A stretch of 64,000 bases of DNA from Phoronis australis (taxonomy: Eukaryota; Animalia; Phoronida): NCBI GenBank assembly GCA_002633005.1, contig NMRA01000663.1:94432-158431 (forward strand), written 5' to 3'. Below are positions 35,499 through 49,002 of this stretch, in pieces. The notes beneath the pieces are model-generated. The model saw nothing but the letters and a program-made list of their open reading frames with translations. It did no database searches and was not told the origin of the DNA. Position numbers and translations under genes: made by a program. The first letter of the stretch is position 1, and each line of letters opens with the position of its first letter.

Positions 35499-36463
35499 TG
35501 TAACAAACTTAAAATAATTATAAATTAATTAGAGTGTGAAAAATTCAAAGAGGGAAATAACCGGTTCCCAAATTTGTCCCCCACCAATTGAAAAGTTCGG
35601 CTGCGCCACCGAATATAGGCTGCGTTCTTTGTGATATGTCCACTAGTTTCTGCCATCAAGATGAAACGATCCAGTCTTTGCTGGGTTGACCAACCCTGTC
35701 AAATGTCTCTTTATGGAACTTGAATTATTTTCTATCGTCGTGTGAAAATGCCAGTCTTTCTGAATGCCATATTACCGTATAGGTGGCGCTGTGATACAAA
35801 TTAATGAAAAGGTTTAAGATTATTTTTGCAAGTTTGCGTCAGCTCGTGGTCTGGAGCATTATTGAAAGAGAAAGTTTCAAAGGATGGATGGTTTATGAAA
35901 TAGCGCCTGCTTTTACTTTACATGTCTTAATACGACATTGTTATTCATGACATATCGTCGTGGTGCTAATTGCTTCGGGCTGTACAGACTGTTGTTTCCA
36001 TGGTGTCCAAAGTTTCGCGCCGAGGTGCTAGCATGAGGCAATATACTATATTACGTAATAGACATTTTAATTAAGGAGCATGTGTCCTCTTTGATTACAC
36101 CGACCATTAAATCTCAGGTATCGATTAATCAATAAAAGTACTCTGGCGCTGACTCATCACGGCACCTGTGTGAAAAGGCTAATATACTACTTGCGGTTTT
36201 CCGGATATTAATAAATTGTGTTGATATTAAATAAATCAAAGGGTTGAACAAAGCAAACCTATAGGAAAGTAAAAATTATAATGAGCCCAAAGAAAACTGG
36301 TCAGGTCACTCGGCCACAGTCGAAATTCCAAATGCGCCTAGTAAACGCGCGTTCGTTATAACTTTGGGAGAAAATATTTACTGGTAACCCTGTAAAATAT
36401 CGAACCCTTGCAGCGTTGTAATGACCAGTCAAATTCGTGAAACCCACACCTGTGCCATGATAC

Positions 36464-36609
36464 CAGGGGCAGATCCAGGAATTTGAGTTGGAGGGGCAGG
36501 GCAAAGTATTAGCCAGGAATTTGCCTGTCAGACATTCGCAACCCCGAACTGCCAAATGGAATCTTAGAAAATTTTAGGGGGAGCATGGCCCCCTCTAAAT
36601 CCGCCACTG
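36464..36609. mobile_element. Short hAT-like MITE, same family as 22899-23059
   Basis: caggggcagatccagg…gtattagccagga…tcagacattc…taaatccgccactg. Confidence 0.7.
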
Positions 36610-38462
36610 AATAGTCCATGCATTTTTCAACAATCCGCTGCTTTTATCTACATTCTTAGTTCATCAATTTGTATGTCGAGATATGATATCAAAAATTGAG
36701 ACTAAACTAAACTAGTTTCAAAAACCAAAAAGACTGTTTAAAAATCGTGACAGCGTATTTGAAATTACCTCTTCAAAACCCAAGATCTTTGCCAGCTATC
36801 ACGTCCTTTGCCATAGGTCCCTACTTCCCAGGGAAGTTATACTGTAGACAAAGATCAGACTTTCTACAAATCAGACATTCAATATAAAAACATGCGCAAT
36901 CTTATCATTAATAGCTTTTTCTATTTTGTAACTGCTTTTTATTGCCGCCGCTAGGTGGTTCTGTCTTGTACGCAAGGTTGTGTAAAATCTGATTTTTGGT
37001 CTCAGCCGTTGGATGCATAAGGCTCAAGCATACGAGTCAGACCTACTGTAGGAATCAGTACAGGTTCCTAGGACAGACAGATCCCAAACAACACATAACG
37101 CGATCGCAAAATACCAAAAACACTATTCCCCATACATGACAACGTAAGTTTCAAAGTAACGTTAAACTTTTATTCCACAAGCAAATATAAACTTCCATCA
37201 GGCACAAGCGTGACAATTAAAGAACGATCCCGAGTTCAAGGTTTATGCGCCATCGCACCGAATAAAGCCCTGTGACTCGAGAACCCTCAAGTCACAGCAA
37301 TGACGTCACAAGGCATTGCACAGACGTGTTACGCTAATGAAAAGGAAACACAACGCAACAACAGAAATATTATGCATAATGTTCGACTCTGGGGTTCGAC
37401 TGTATGCTCGATCATGCACGCAGGTCGAATGTTGCATTTAACATTCACCAAAATGTCAACTAGGACATTATCCAAAACTCTAAACTAATTCCTGTAACTA
37501 TCACCGATTGACACTGGTGCGAAATATACATTAGTAGCAGATTAGCTGAACAGCTTATGAGGTTTGAAATGAGACTTCGATTTTATAACTATTGCATTAC
37601 GATAATCGCATTACCCACACAGTATCACGCAAAGCATGTCAAACAAGGCAAATCCAGAACGCCATCCAAACACAAAAAAAATGTATTCAACACCAATTCT
37701 CAACAAAATCGCTTAAAACGAAGATAGTGACAAAGCATTCGTTGAATTATTTCCAGTCAAGCTCGCTGTCTCAACAAGGCCTCCCATATACATGGCAATT
37801 TCTTAAAATAACACACGTACGCATAACACGATGAATAAAATATCAAACCATTTTTCGAATTATCTACAGTCAGATAAGAAGATGTAAGACCAAAGATTAT
37901 GAGAAAAGGCGTAAAAAACATTTTTATAACAAATCTCACGATCCTCGCTACAGCTGACCTTAAACACGATAATCAGGTTTCTGGGTAACACGGTTATCAC
38001 AAATCTTAGGAAGAAGGCACTTCAAAGCCGAGTAACCAACTGACACAAATCTTAAACTGGCCATTACGGTTAACGAGAACGCATTTTTCCTTCCATCGGG
38101 GAGGTTAGCATATTTTGATTTTTGATTTATTATTCGCTACCTGGCGACTGTTTTGACGCAAAGTCGCACTCTGAAGCCTCATATTCATGCGAAGATTCTA
38201 ACTAAATGTATTCCAGACGGAGACATGTATATCTCTAATTTCGTTTGTAACGAGACTACTTTGACAGTGAAAACGATTCTATAATTAACATTCAATAAAT
38301 CTGTCTACGGACCTCGAGTCGTGTACTCTATTCTTACGTGTGAAAAAATGGTGAAGTCCTTCAGGTACGTCTCTCCAACTACATACTGTCTGGGAGCAGG
38401 CACGCACACAAGATCTCCCTACGATAAAATCTTAATAATAAAATACGGAGTCCAACATTCCC

Positions 38463-38704
38463 AAAACATCTGGACTGGACAACAGACTAAACGCGATGTC
38501 CAACCTAAAAAAAACTCACATGAGAAGGGACAGGGGCTCCTAACGCCTAGCGACCAGCTAAGATCTCAATAATAAATATGATATCCAACACTCACAAAAC
38601 AAGAAAAACTCTAAACACCGGCACTGGACAACTGAGTGAATGCGATGTCCAATCCGAAAAACTGCCGTGAGAAGGAACGGGAGTTCCTAACGCCTTGTGA
38701 CCAG
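38463..38704. repeat. Two imperfect ~95-bp direct repeats (~150-bp period) downstream of the Kelch CDS
   Basis: actggacaac…gcgatgtccaa…tgagaagg…cctaacgcct…gaccag occurs at ~38463-38557 and ~38613-38704. Confidence 0.8.
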
Positions 38705-39286
38705 TTGCCAGTTTTACAAAATTCCGAGTTACCTCCCTTTCAGTGGAACACCCACTATCAACAATTCACGACTATGCACAGCTTATGCAAACTTTAAGTT
38801 GGGCAGTTTTGTGAACCCCATACTTTTTTACCCCCAGACTGTTACTCTAATCAGGTTCAGTTTCTTGTTTTCCTATCAAAACCGTGTTCGTGTCGCCAGA
38901 CTGCAAGCGCATGATGTTGCAGGAATCTTACGTTTATGGTGATAAACTAAGACCAACTCAAACCAATCAAAGTAGACGCTTTACAATACAATCACCTCTA
39001 GTAATTTACATCCAAACAAGAACTCCCCGTTTGCACGAAAGCCCAATATCACTATGACGTTTTCAAAGTAAGATTCATGTATCCAAGAAAAATTCCAAGC
39101 TTTTTACACAGGAGTTCCACAACTATAGTCTTCACTGTGAGAGTACATAATCAACATAGACCATTCTAACTTAGGGCCCACTAAGGGAAGTTTGTGGCGG
39201 TAACACTAGGGGGGTACTCAATCCAGTTACAGATTTGAAGCATAGTTAAGAGGGCACCAACGGGGAGGAGGAGATAACCAGCCTTC

Positions 39287-39427
39287 CGTTCAGTAACGCT
39301 AGGACCTAGCTTAAAAGCAAGACTTTGCGAGATTACGCGAGATATTGCCGTGTATTTCAAATAAGAGCACGTGACCTTGACTAGCTTTTGGCTAGGTCCT
39401 AGCGTAGGTCCTAGCGTCTACTGAACG
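39287..39427. mobile_element. Small palindromic MITE-like element
   Basis: cgttcagtaacgctaggacctagc / gctaggtcctagcgt(aggtcctagcgt)ctactgaacg inverted arms. Confidence 0.65.
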
Positions 39428-40094
39428 CACGCCCGGTGTGGGAATAGGGGAGTGACATCATTATGTTCCCACCCAGGAGGCAACAACTCTAGATATGCCA
39501 CTAAGTCTGTATTATAGTAGGGTTCTTCTTCAACCAATCCACTGTGTGAGAGAAAGCACTTCCAAGCACAACACAAGGAATCTGACGATGTCATAAAAGC
39601 CTGGTCTTTGGAAGTAGGTTTGGCACCTTTGGAAATTTGCATAACCCAACCACAACACACGGTTTTTGTTGACATGTAACAGACTTTACAAATGCTAATC
39701 TTTCTTTCTACAGTTTCACACGCCCTCAAAAGAGTTTCAAGATAAATGTTTCACTGACATAGAATAGAACTAAATCAGGTGGAATAGCACACTTGATCAT
39801 TCAATATCAACCATACCCCAAAAGAATCGAATTATTAACATCTTAAAATTCGACAAGCCACAACAAAAATAACAATTTGCATGTAGATAACAGTCAGCCT
39901 CTGACTTTCTGTACTATTCAAAGGGCAGGTTCGTGGCCAGACACAGACAGACAGTAGACAGACACAGGGGGTAACAATACATAAGCGGACAAGCACAAAT
40001 GATCAACCAACCCTCCCCCCAAACCCCCTCTTCATCTCTGGTGTGTGAGGCTATACTTTGAAAAATAAAAAAGTCAACTCCAGCACCAAGTGTA

Positions 40095-41900
40095 TTACAT
40101 CTGGATTGCCACACAGCCGTGACATGCTCTGGCCAGCGGTAGTGACTTGACAATTGTCCAGCTGCTGGCCGCCGGGTCATAGCACTCGACAACACGGCAT
40201 GGCTTTGAGTCGATACTGCCACCTGTCACGTAAATTTTATTCAGTACGACGGTGACGCCGCAATGTAGACGAGCATACTTCATTTCCGGCAAGAGGCAAA
40301 ATGTCCGCTTGTCCGGATTCAGTGAGATCAACTTCTTACTGTCCTCCCACAGTATGTAGAATAAGCCGTTCAAGACAACAATCTGACCGAACTGTAAGAA
40401 GTCAGGAAGGACAAACTGCTCGCCTGAATATGTGACACCAGACTCTGTGCAATGGTAACTCTCCATGGTCTTGACACGCGCATCGCCTTGTGTCCCACCC
40501 ACCTCCAATAAAGTTTGATGATACGGCACTAAGTACGACAGCGTACGGGGAAACGGTGACTGCCCCACCACAGTCCATTCACCAGTCGCTGGGTCGTAAC
40601 ACTCAATCTCCTCTACAGACACGATTGTGCCATCAAGGCGCACTCCGCCCACCACATAGAGTTTATTGTCAAGCACTGCTGAGCAGTGTCGAGCCCGAGG
40701 TCTCAGAAGTGGTTTTGACTTCTTCCACACTCGTTTCGTTGAGTTGAAGACGCAGACATCACCCACAATGCAACTGTCAACGATGCCACCCGTGACAAAG
40801 ATACAATTGTTGATGGCGGACACACCAAACCATGAGACACTCGTTGGCATATCTGGAAGCGCTGACCACTTGTCCTTCAGTGGTTCATACATCTCCACGG
40901 ACTGCAGAACATAAGAATTGATACCACCTATCAACACCATCACCTCCTTAGCAACGGTTGACGGGCGCGGTTGATTCTGAGGTGTTTGCATACTCCGTCG
41001 TCGTTTACCAAGTTGGTCAGCAGCCAGTTTCGTCTCGTGGTATTTCTTAGCATCCTCTACCAGCGAGCGGCAACTCTCGTCTGCCATGACGAGCTGATCA
41101 TTCTCTACCACGTCCTCAAGGTACCCCAAGTCCACCGTGGCTAACCGCACATGTTCTAAAACAGAGTACAAGTACTTCTGGCGCTCCTCTAAGTTGTGAT
41201 GAATCCACTTGCTTGCTGCATGATACACTGTCTCCTCATTCCTGACATCGATTAAATCACTAGAAATATAAAATATTATGCGGTCCAGCGTTAAATCCAA
41301 AAACTCCTCACAGTCGATGACACTACTGAAATTATCCAAAGCAAATTTGTGAGCACTCTCCTCCAGCTTAAAGCAAGCGTGATGGTGGGCAAAGTTTTCT
41401 ATGCCGAGGCAGTTGGAAGCATGCAAGTGGCGCTGCACAAAGGCACAGCAAGATTCGACAATCTCCTGGTAGCCAAATAAATTACCAATCGCCAACAGTT
41501 CTTGCGCGTTGTCCACAGTGATCTCTATGCTGCCGGTGTACGCATAATCGATGATGCGTTTCAGTAACCATGGCGACACGTCATTAAAGACAATGCGGTC
41601 TTCACGACTTTCTTTGAGATCACACGAGAACATGGCTGCGAAATAGTGGCTGCTGGCGGCTAGAACGTTCTTGTGACAACGCAGCTCCTCCTGACCAATG
41701 CACAGCACGACGTCAGTGAATCCGCCACCATCTGCAGTTCGCATCTGATTCAACGTCCTTAAGAGATCATTGCCATAGTTGGGTCGCTGTAACATAAAAG
41801 AGTTCTCAATGCTAGGCTCGCTACCACGTCGTTCCGCCATGTCCAGGCCTGAGAACGCCACCAGTAGGTGATCACCTTCATTGGCAGGTTCAGAGGGCAT
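40095..41900 (-). CDS. Kelch-like (KLHL family) BTB-BACK-Kelch protein, 601 aa, probable Cul3 substrate adaptor; CDS in a single exon
   Basis: BTB (FTDVVLCI…CHKNVLAASSHYFAAMF…IIDYAYTG), BACK (SNCLGI…EETVYHAASKWIHH…VRL), Kelch repeats (IGG…VEMYEP…W, VTGG, VVGG…ECYDP…W). A splice acceptor (ctttcatttcag, AG at 41979-41978) indicates a 5' UTR intron. Confidence 0.95.
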   Translation of the reverse strand: MPSEPANEGDHLLVAFSGLDMAERRGSEPSIENSFMLQRPNYGNDLLRTLNQMRTADGGGFTDVVLCIGQEELRCHKNVLAASSHYFAAMFSCDLKESREDRIVFNDVSPWLLKRIIDYAYTGSIEITVDNAQELLAIGNLFGYQEIVESCCAFVQRHLHASNCLGIENFAHHHACFKLEESAHKFALDNFSSVIDCEEFLDLTLDRIIFYISSDLIDVRNEETVYHAASKWIHHNLEERQKYLYSVLEHVRLATVDLGYLEDVVENDQLVMADESCRSLVEDAKKYHETKLAADQLGKRRRSMQTPQNQPRPSTVAKEVMVLIGGINSYVLQSVEMYEPLKDKWSALPDMPTSVSWFGVSAINNCIFVTGGIVDSCIVGDVCVFNSTKRVWKKSKPLLRPRARHCSAVLDNKLYVVGGVRLDGTIVSVEEIECYDPATGEWTVVGQSPFPRTLSYLVPYHQTLLEVGGTQGDARVKTMESYHCTESGVTYSGEQFVLPDFLQFGQIVVLNGLFYILWEDSKKLISLNPDKRTFCLLPEMKYARLHCGVTVVLNKIYVTGGSIDSKPCRVVECYDPAASSWTIVKSLPLARACHGCVAIQM

Positions 41901-42531
41901 AGGGTAACATCTGAGCTAGGTCAAAGGTGAAAGGTCACACCGTTCTCTTTCTCTTTCCCTTTAAGGTGCGAACTGACCTGAAATGAAAGTGGTCTGTAAC
42001 TATATCATTTATGCAGTGCCCTCTTTACCACAGGGCCCACTTGGGCACTTGCCCGGGTGTGCCACGACTCCAGGGGCCCCATGCAAATCTTTGTCAAAGT
42101 AAAAAAAGTCAAATGATAAAAATCTTACAGAATTAGTGCAAGAGTGAAAGTAAAGTATGTCCCCTTGTAAAATATGTCCTACCTGCATGAATGGTCATCT
42201 TGGTAATACACTTAATAACAAGCTTGTATGCTAGCATTCAAATTTATGCAAGTACGATATAATATACAGGGAGCATTCTCAACCATCACACCGGATTTAC
42301 TAATGGGCAAACTAGCTGAAAGAAGATGCATACCCAAACAAAACAAAGGTCCACACCTTGAACTCATGAGATCCCACAAAACTTTGTAATTGTGTTTAAA
42401 AAACTCATGGCGTTATTTGTACTTTAAAAGCTTTGTCCTTCAAAAACAGAAAAATTGAATAATCAGAGGCACTAAATGTGAATGTGATATTGTCTTCCTA
42501 CAAATACCTTTCCATAGATTTACGGTATTTG

Positions 42532-42743
42532 CAGTAGTGGTATGGAAGGTGGACCGAGTGCCGAGTGGGCCCACTGGCCCGCGGTGCAAAGGCATTTTTC
42601 AGGGGGTGCCAAAACACTTTCTGGGGTGCCATGTAGCAATTGGGTGCGCAAAAAATCCGTTCATGCATGATGCAGATTTTTAGGGAGAAAAAGGCACATT
42701 CCTTCACACCATCCCGCAGCTGATATACACTACACCGCTACTG
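42532..42743. mobile_element. hAT-like MITE
   Basis: Imperfect TIR cagtagtggtatgg / ctacaccgctactg; GC-rich ggcccactggcccg subterminus. Confidence 0.45.
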
Positions 42744-43098
42744 TTTGAGATTCTCCTGACTAAATGTTTTACAATGACGCATCCAACATTTTGTTTAAAG
42801 TTGGTTTGAACACTTGAATGTTTTGAAAGAAGCGCTGTTTTGTGGCAAGTAAAACCAATGAATGAAAATCCAGTAGATGTTAATGATAACTTTTTCGACA
42901 TAGAAAATTTTTGGTTACACGCTTACGTGTATGGAAAATGAAGTTCTGGACTTTGATTCTATCGTTCAGCAATTCTCTGAAAAGAAAGTTCGCAAATGCT
43001 TGCGTTGAATTCTTAAAGTCATATAAGGCCCCACACCAGAGAGTCAAAGGAAGACAAAATAAGAATCAAGTCGTTTAGTAATCCAAAACTAGTATTTA

Positions 43099-43329
43099 TG
43101 GGACCTGTTCCAAGAAACTGACTTAAGATCATGTTTTACTTAAGTCTAAGATTAGTCTCAACCTCCAAACATCGAAATTTCCACATCCAGTAAGCTAGTA
43201 GTCAAAATTAAGACAAAACTTAAGTAAAACTTAAGAGCTCTTTCTTGAAACGGAAGTTTTACAGTATCTTAAAACTGACTGAAATTTAAGATTTGTTATA
43301 GCTAAGTCAGTTTTCTCAGAAGGGATCCA
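43099..43329. mobile_element. MITE-like inverted repeat with CTTAAG-rich interior
   Basis: aaactgactta (left) / taagtcagttt (right), gga…tcc termini. Confidence 0.45.
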
Positions 43330-43564
43330 TGGACTCTATTTTGATCACACTATAAACCAGGAAACAAGAACATATCTCAAAAATAAAGGAAAACAATCAA
43401 TTTCGCCACTGAGTGAAATGGATATTTCAAGTAAGTAGATATAATTACTAACGTACCCACCGGTGTAGGGCTCAATATTCTTTAAAAAGCAGTAGTTAAC
43501 AGGCAATATGAAAGCGCTCGAAGGAGCGACACTTGGCGAAATTGACTGAAACGAATATTGGAGA

Positions 43565-43742
43565 TGTTGATGACAGTGATGATGATGATGATGGTGATGG
43601 TGGTGATGATAATGATGATGGTGATGATGATGATGAAGGTGATGATGGTGATGATGATGGTGGTGGTGGTGGTGGTGGTAGTGATGATGATGATGATGAT
43701 GATGATGACAATGGTGGTGACGATAAACACGATGATAACGAT
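43565..43742. repeat. (GAT)n/(GGT)n trinucleotide repeat
   Basis: Directly visible. Confidence 0.95.
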
Positions 43743-45194
43743 CATATGACGAATGAAGATGTCAGAAATGAGCAAGAAATAGAATGTAAAGCAACAAAAC
43801 TGCAGCAAAATCAGTCAACAAAGGACCAGTGTCATCAGAAAATCTCAAAAAATTCGAAAACCAGATGTTCTAGCAAAAATTGGAAAACATATTCTGAATC
43901 CCTGTTCAAAATTCTATCTAATAAAGTAGTTTCACAAAATTCCACAAAACTTTCGAAAATACTGAGATTTTACTTTTTTTTAATTCAAAGTCGAATAACT
44001 CAATAACTGTAAGTCTGAGAAAAAATTGTTCGATTTTATTTGAAAGAATATACCTCAGAAAATTCATATGCAAAAATTCACATTATTTCCTCTTCCCATT
44101 TAATATGGCAACCCACCATAACTGAAAATGCGTCAGATCCGCCATTTTGAAAACAACTTAACGGTTAAGCAGCACTCGATAATAGCTACCTATAGGAAAC
44201 TAACACAAGAAAAATTTTAAAGCAGTTTTTCCTACAATGCGCCCTCTATAGAACAAAAACAAAAAAATTTTCCCAAAATCAAGGTGCCCATGCTCAATGA
44301 CCGATTATTTTGCCATCGTTGACTGGAAGTCAATGATTTCCGGCACATCTGTAGCACACATGTGTTAGGATGATAGTGTCGATTTTCAGCCGTGTACATC
44401 AAAAATTGCGGCCTCTATGAGCATTTGAATCAGAATTCGAAAAACAGAATGATCACCATGTTCGGCATCTTGAATCCGATCATGACGAAAAACAATAGGG
44501 TTCCAGTTTCTTTGAAACTAGACGTGCGTGGCAATCAGACGAAAAATATAACCTGTAAAGAGCATACAAAAAAACTCAGTGTCAGAGCAACAAAATCGAC
44601 GAAATTCGATAGAATTTTGGCAAGTAATCAGGCTGTGCTATTTTTGCATGCTTTGTCTCGTAGTGCTCACCATCTGATTGTCATTTCCTTGCTCATCTTA
44701 TATTTTGAAAAGCACGTCAAAACTGTTAAAACATTGAACCGTGTTCATTTATTATTGATGTGCACTGATGTTGGTGTACTTAATTGTTAGTACACAATTA
44801 ATGTTTTTTATTGCTTTGAACTTTGTTTCGTATAGCAGGGTCCACCTTATTGATAAGACAGCCTTGCATTTATGTAAAAAACCTTGTAGACTTATCAAGC
44901 TATTTTCTAGTATAAAACACATGTTGTGGTGGTGATTAATGGCAAATTGTATGCTTTCTAAAATTGACAATGGCAAATATCTGTTGCAAGAGGAAATTGC
45001 TATTCTTGGAAGTATTCTTTGTGGTAGAAGGAGTGGTCTGAAACCCTCCCAGGACTTTCGTAAAACGTATTCTGTAACTAAAATTCGCTGTTACAAAAGT
45101 AATTTGTACACAGTACAGTTCTGTTTGCTGAGGATTTGTGAACAAAATGTTAAAAACAAGCACACGTTATAAACTGTGTCCGTTGCAAAGCGAT

Positions 45195-45245
45195 TTAACT
45201 GTACCATTTAACTGTACCATTTAACTGTACCATTTAACTGTACTG
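45195..45245. repeat. 13-bp minisatellite (tttaactgtacca) x~4
   Basis: Directly visible. Confidence 0.9.
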
Positions 45246-48200
45246 TTTTTGTGTGTTTAACACACTAAACACATGTACCTATGAATTTTGTTACGGGGTA
45301 TATTATGGATTAAAACAGAAAATTAACATAGGTGACAACAGTTCTGGAGGCTCATTGGCCTATCCAAAATAAAAAAAGTTTGTTCCAAGAGACATGGTGT
45401 ATGATACGATAAACTTTATTGTTGAGCAAAAATAGAAAGGCGGATCCAGGATGTTGAGTTAGAGGGCCTCCCTCCTAAATCCGTTAGGTGACAAGTAGTA
45501 ACGTATGACTGTAAATAAGGTTATCAAAGCATTTCAATTTCAAAATTTAGAATTTTGTTAGTTGTTGTAACAACAAAATTAAAACTAGCTTAATTTGAGG
45601 GTAAATTGGTAGGCACAAGTAAATTCCATAGGTCTACTTGTTCTACTAGGCAAGTTAAAGAAAAAGTTTATGTGGACCCCTTCATTTGAGCAATCCTGTT
45701 CTGCCAAAGGTTCTCGAGGCATGCACTGCCCAATAACCTAAAACACAAATTTTCATATTCATGTTACAACCCCGCTAGTTGTTTGCAATTGTGATGTCAC
45801 CAAATGTTTACGAGTCAACTACTGAGCCATTGAAAAACAACAATAGCGGGATAGATGGAATCCCCAGAATAAGGATTGACGCACAGCAAGCAAATTCGGA
45901 TAGCAGTGTCAATTATGAGTTCGTTAACTAATCGAGATGCAGCATAAGGTAAATGTTCCATGTGTTTCAACAGTTCTTTTCACAATGGTTAGAGCAAATT
46001 TGGCCTATGCAAACTAGATCTACCAAAGATCAACATAAATTTAAGAAAACAAGACCTAAAACAGTTGATATTTGCCAAAGGGCAACATTCTATTCACTGA
46101 CCACTAGAAACACTATTGTTCCATATGTAACATTTGCGGGTATCAAAATGTGTAAGTACCACTTCAAAGTATCATTGAAAAAGGTTCAAAGGGGTTAATT
46201 ATGCAATAACGTCTGGAAATTATAGATTTGACACTTAGGGTTGCCAAAATCTATTTCAATTAATTAGCGCGAAAGTGGAGGAAAGGGAGGAGTGTTGCTC
46301 TAGTAAATGAATGCTACATGCATTGATAATTATATTAAAATAATTGCTATGGTCAGAGTAAAAAAATGTATTAAGCAATTTCTTGCAATGAATCTTAAAA
46401 ACTATAGAGGACCAACTAGTAACCCCATCTAGTGTTCAGTTAAAGAAGCAGCCTTCAGCACAGATGTCGCCCTCTGCAGTCATTTTTTAGAGATGGAGGT
46501 TGTAGTTGGGCTTCTGAATTTGGACTATTATTCATACCTAGTCAAAGACGGAAAAATGTGGTCCACATTTATGCAAGTTAGAATTGCACCTCATGTCCGT
46601 ACCAGTTTGAAACATGACCCACACCTATAACTCATATGGAAAGTCTGCCCAGCGCCTAAGGGTGCTTGCGGAAGATGAAGTTTGATTTTTGGTCACTAGC
46701 TGAGGTTGCAGGATTTGCTAACAGCATTCATACCATGCAGAGTATAATCAGCCCAGCACCCGTGAGGGCATTTATCTTTTTAGGCAAGGACTGGGCTGCC
46801 AAATCTGGGGCAATATTAGTATCTGACCAAAATTGAAGAAATCAGACCCATGTTTATTCCAAGAGCTAGAATTATGCCAGAATTGAAATCTGAGGGTTGA
46901 AAACATGACCCATATTTAAGCCTCAGCTGAAAAAGTCTACCCAAATTACCCTATCTTGCTGTCTAGAGCCTGAGGGATTAACATTTGACAGACCCATAAC
47001 CCAATGGGATGGTCCTGGATGGAAATCTCCTTTATCTTTGTCCTGGAGGTAGGAAAAGCATGTTGTTACATTGGCCTCATTTTAAAAATGCCGACTGATT
47101 TTAGGAATCATGTCTGAATATATCGCATTCACAGATACTCCTCAAATTTATCCAACTTTTTGCTGTCAAGAGTTGCAGACACATAGCACAGTGGTAAAAC
47201 TTCGCTGGCATTGGAAGGTCATCATACAATTAATGCAAAACTTGAAAACAGCAAGCCAACAACAAAGTAACATGAGAAACTCCAACGGCGTGAAAACGAA
47301 GCTAGAGAACTACTTGACAGTTGTTACAGGATCCCAGGTAAACACCAAGTGTCGATGTTTAATACGGGACTGTACTACCTCAAGCTTGTTGAGCACGAAG
47401 AGAGAGAGAGAGAGAGTGCCCAAACAAAACTGTTGGGATCAGTGCCTGAGAACCTCACAGAGGAAGGAGGTTGATTTCTTATTATTATTCTGGGTGGCTA
47501 GTTTTCTTTTTTGATAATCCTTAATTTGCTTAATCTGACCTGACATCCGAAACTGATATCAAAAATGGTGAAAACATGATACACAGTAAGCAACAAATAG
47601 AACGGCACCATCTCAGAGGCATGTTCCCGCCATCCCCATTTCAGTGACTGCCCCCCCCCCCATAACCAGACTGTAATTCATACAAGGTAAATCTACAGTC
47701 AATATTGCATACAATCTCGGCCACACATGCCCACAATCCCCAGTATCAGCCTATAACACTGACGTCCACCCCTGGGGTTGCAGTCTCCCGACCGTGAACA
47801 CCTAGCAGGCATGTCACCTATACCTTCATTAATTACTGACAGTTCTGAGCAAGCACTACAACCAATCAATGTATAATAGTATAAGTGTCTAGGAGCTGAA
47901 CACAAAATGATCAGTTGTCAACTACGTGTTGTGGAAATACTCATTCACGTGCGTCTCCAGGTATTGGTCAGATACAGCAGTCACTGATTTAAAGAACAAA
48001 GCAATCACTGAATAACAGGCCAGCTATATTCAGTGGATGGAACTGCACGGTTATCTAAATCAGGAACCACTATATCTGACTAGCGACTAGATCCAGAGGA
48101 GGGGTCTGGTGCCCGGTTGCATGAAACAGTCCCAAATAGGGACTCAACTAAGTTCCCTAAATCTACTGCGTACTGTGGACTTACGAAAACGCTGATTGTC

Positions 48201-49002
48201 TTTTCTTGTGATGTTTTAGTAACATTGCCAAGTCAATTTTTGTCTTTGATACAAATCGAGAGTGAACTCTACATTAGCAGGGATCTTTTCATGCAATGCC
48301 CCTAATTTAAGAACTATGTTCTTATTTCTTTTCATTGAAACAAGGGCTCAGATTTCAGTTACATTATTAGAAAATGGAATAAGTCAAAGAGGAGATCAAA
48401 CAAATAAAATGATAGAAAAAGATTACAGATCTGTGAGTAAAGAACGACACAAATACGCAAGATCTAGGGAACTAAGTTCAGTTCCTATTTTGAGACTGTT
48501 TCATTCAACTGGGCACCGGAATATCAAACTCTCTTATTAGGTCATTTTTTTCAATTGCATTCACTATGTTTTCCCTTGTCTACTCCTGCCCCTTGCCCTG
48601 GACAAGATCATGCATCGCGGCACAGTAGGCGAAAGTTGAGTAGGCCTACTACACGACTACAAAGTGGAAAGGTTACTAATCACGGTAGGGTCAGATACTC
48701 CATTAGTAGGATCACAACGCCACTGTTTAAACATAGATTTAACACACACTGTGATTAGAACACGGTGGAACATGGTGAGTCGTGAGATGAAGGCATTCAT
48801 TCACGTCCATTGTCATTCCGACCAACACAAGATTAAACAACGCCATGTGTTACCGCTGTGCAGCTCTGAGTTCTCATTCAATCACACAATCAAACGAAGA
48901 AGTGAAATGGGCAAGAAATGTGGCATGACAGCACAGGGGTAATGAAAAGACCAATCGGCTCCCTCAGAAAGGTACAAAGATCTATAAAAACTACCTACCT
49001 AC

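Noticed and set aside
40490-40914. Plus-strand ORFs overlapping the Kelch gene
   Set aside because: Antisense shadows of a GC-richer CDS
43482-44006. Asp/Gly-, Ile/Thr-, Ser/Pro- and Met/Val-rich ORFs
   Set aside because: All frames are open only because of a (GAT/GGT)n microsatellite; no domain or splice support
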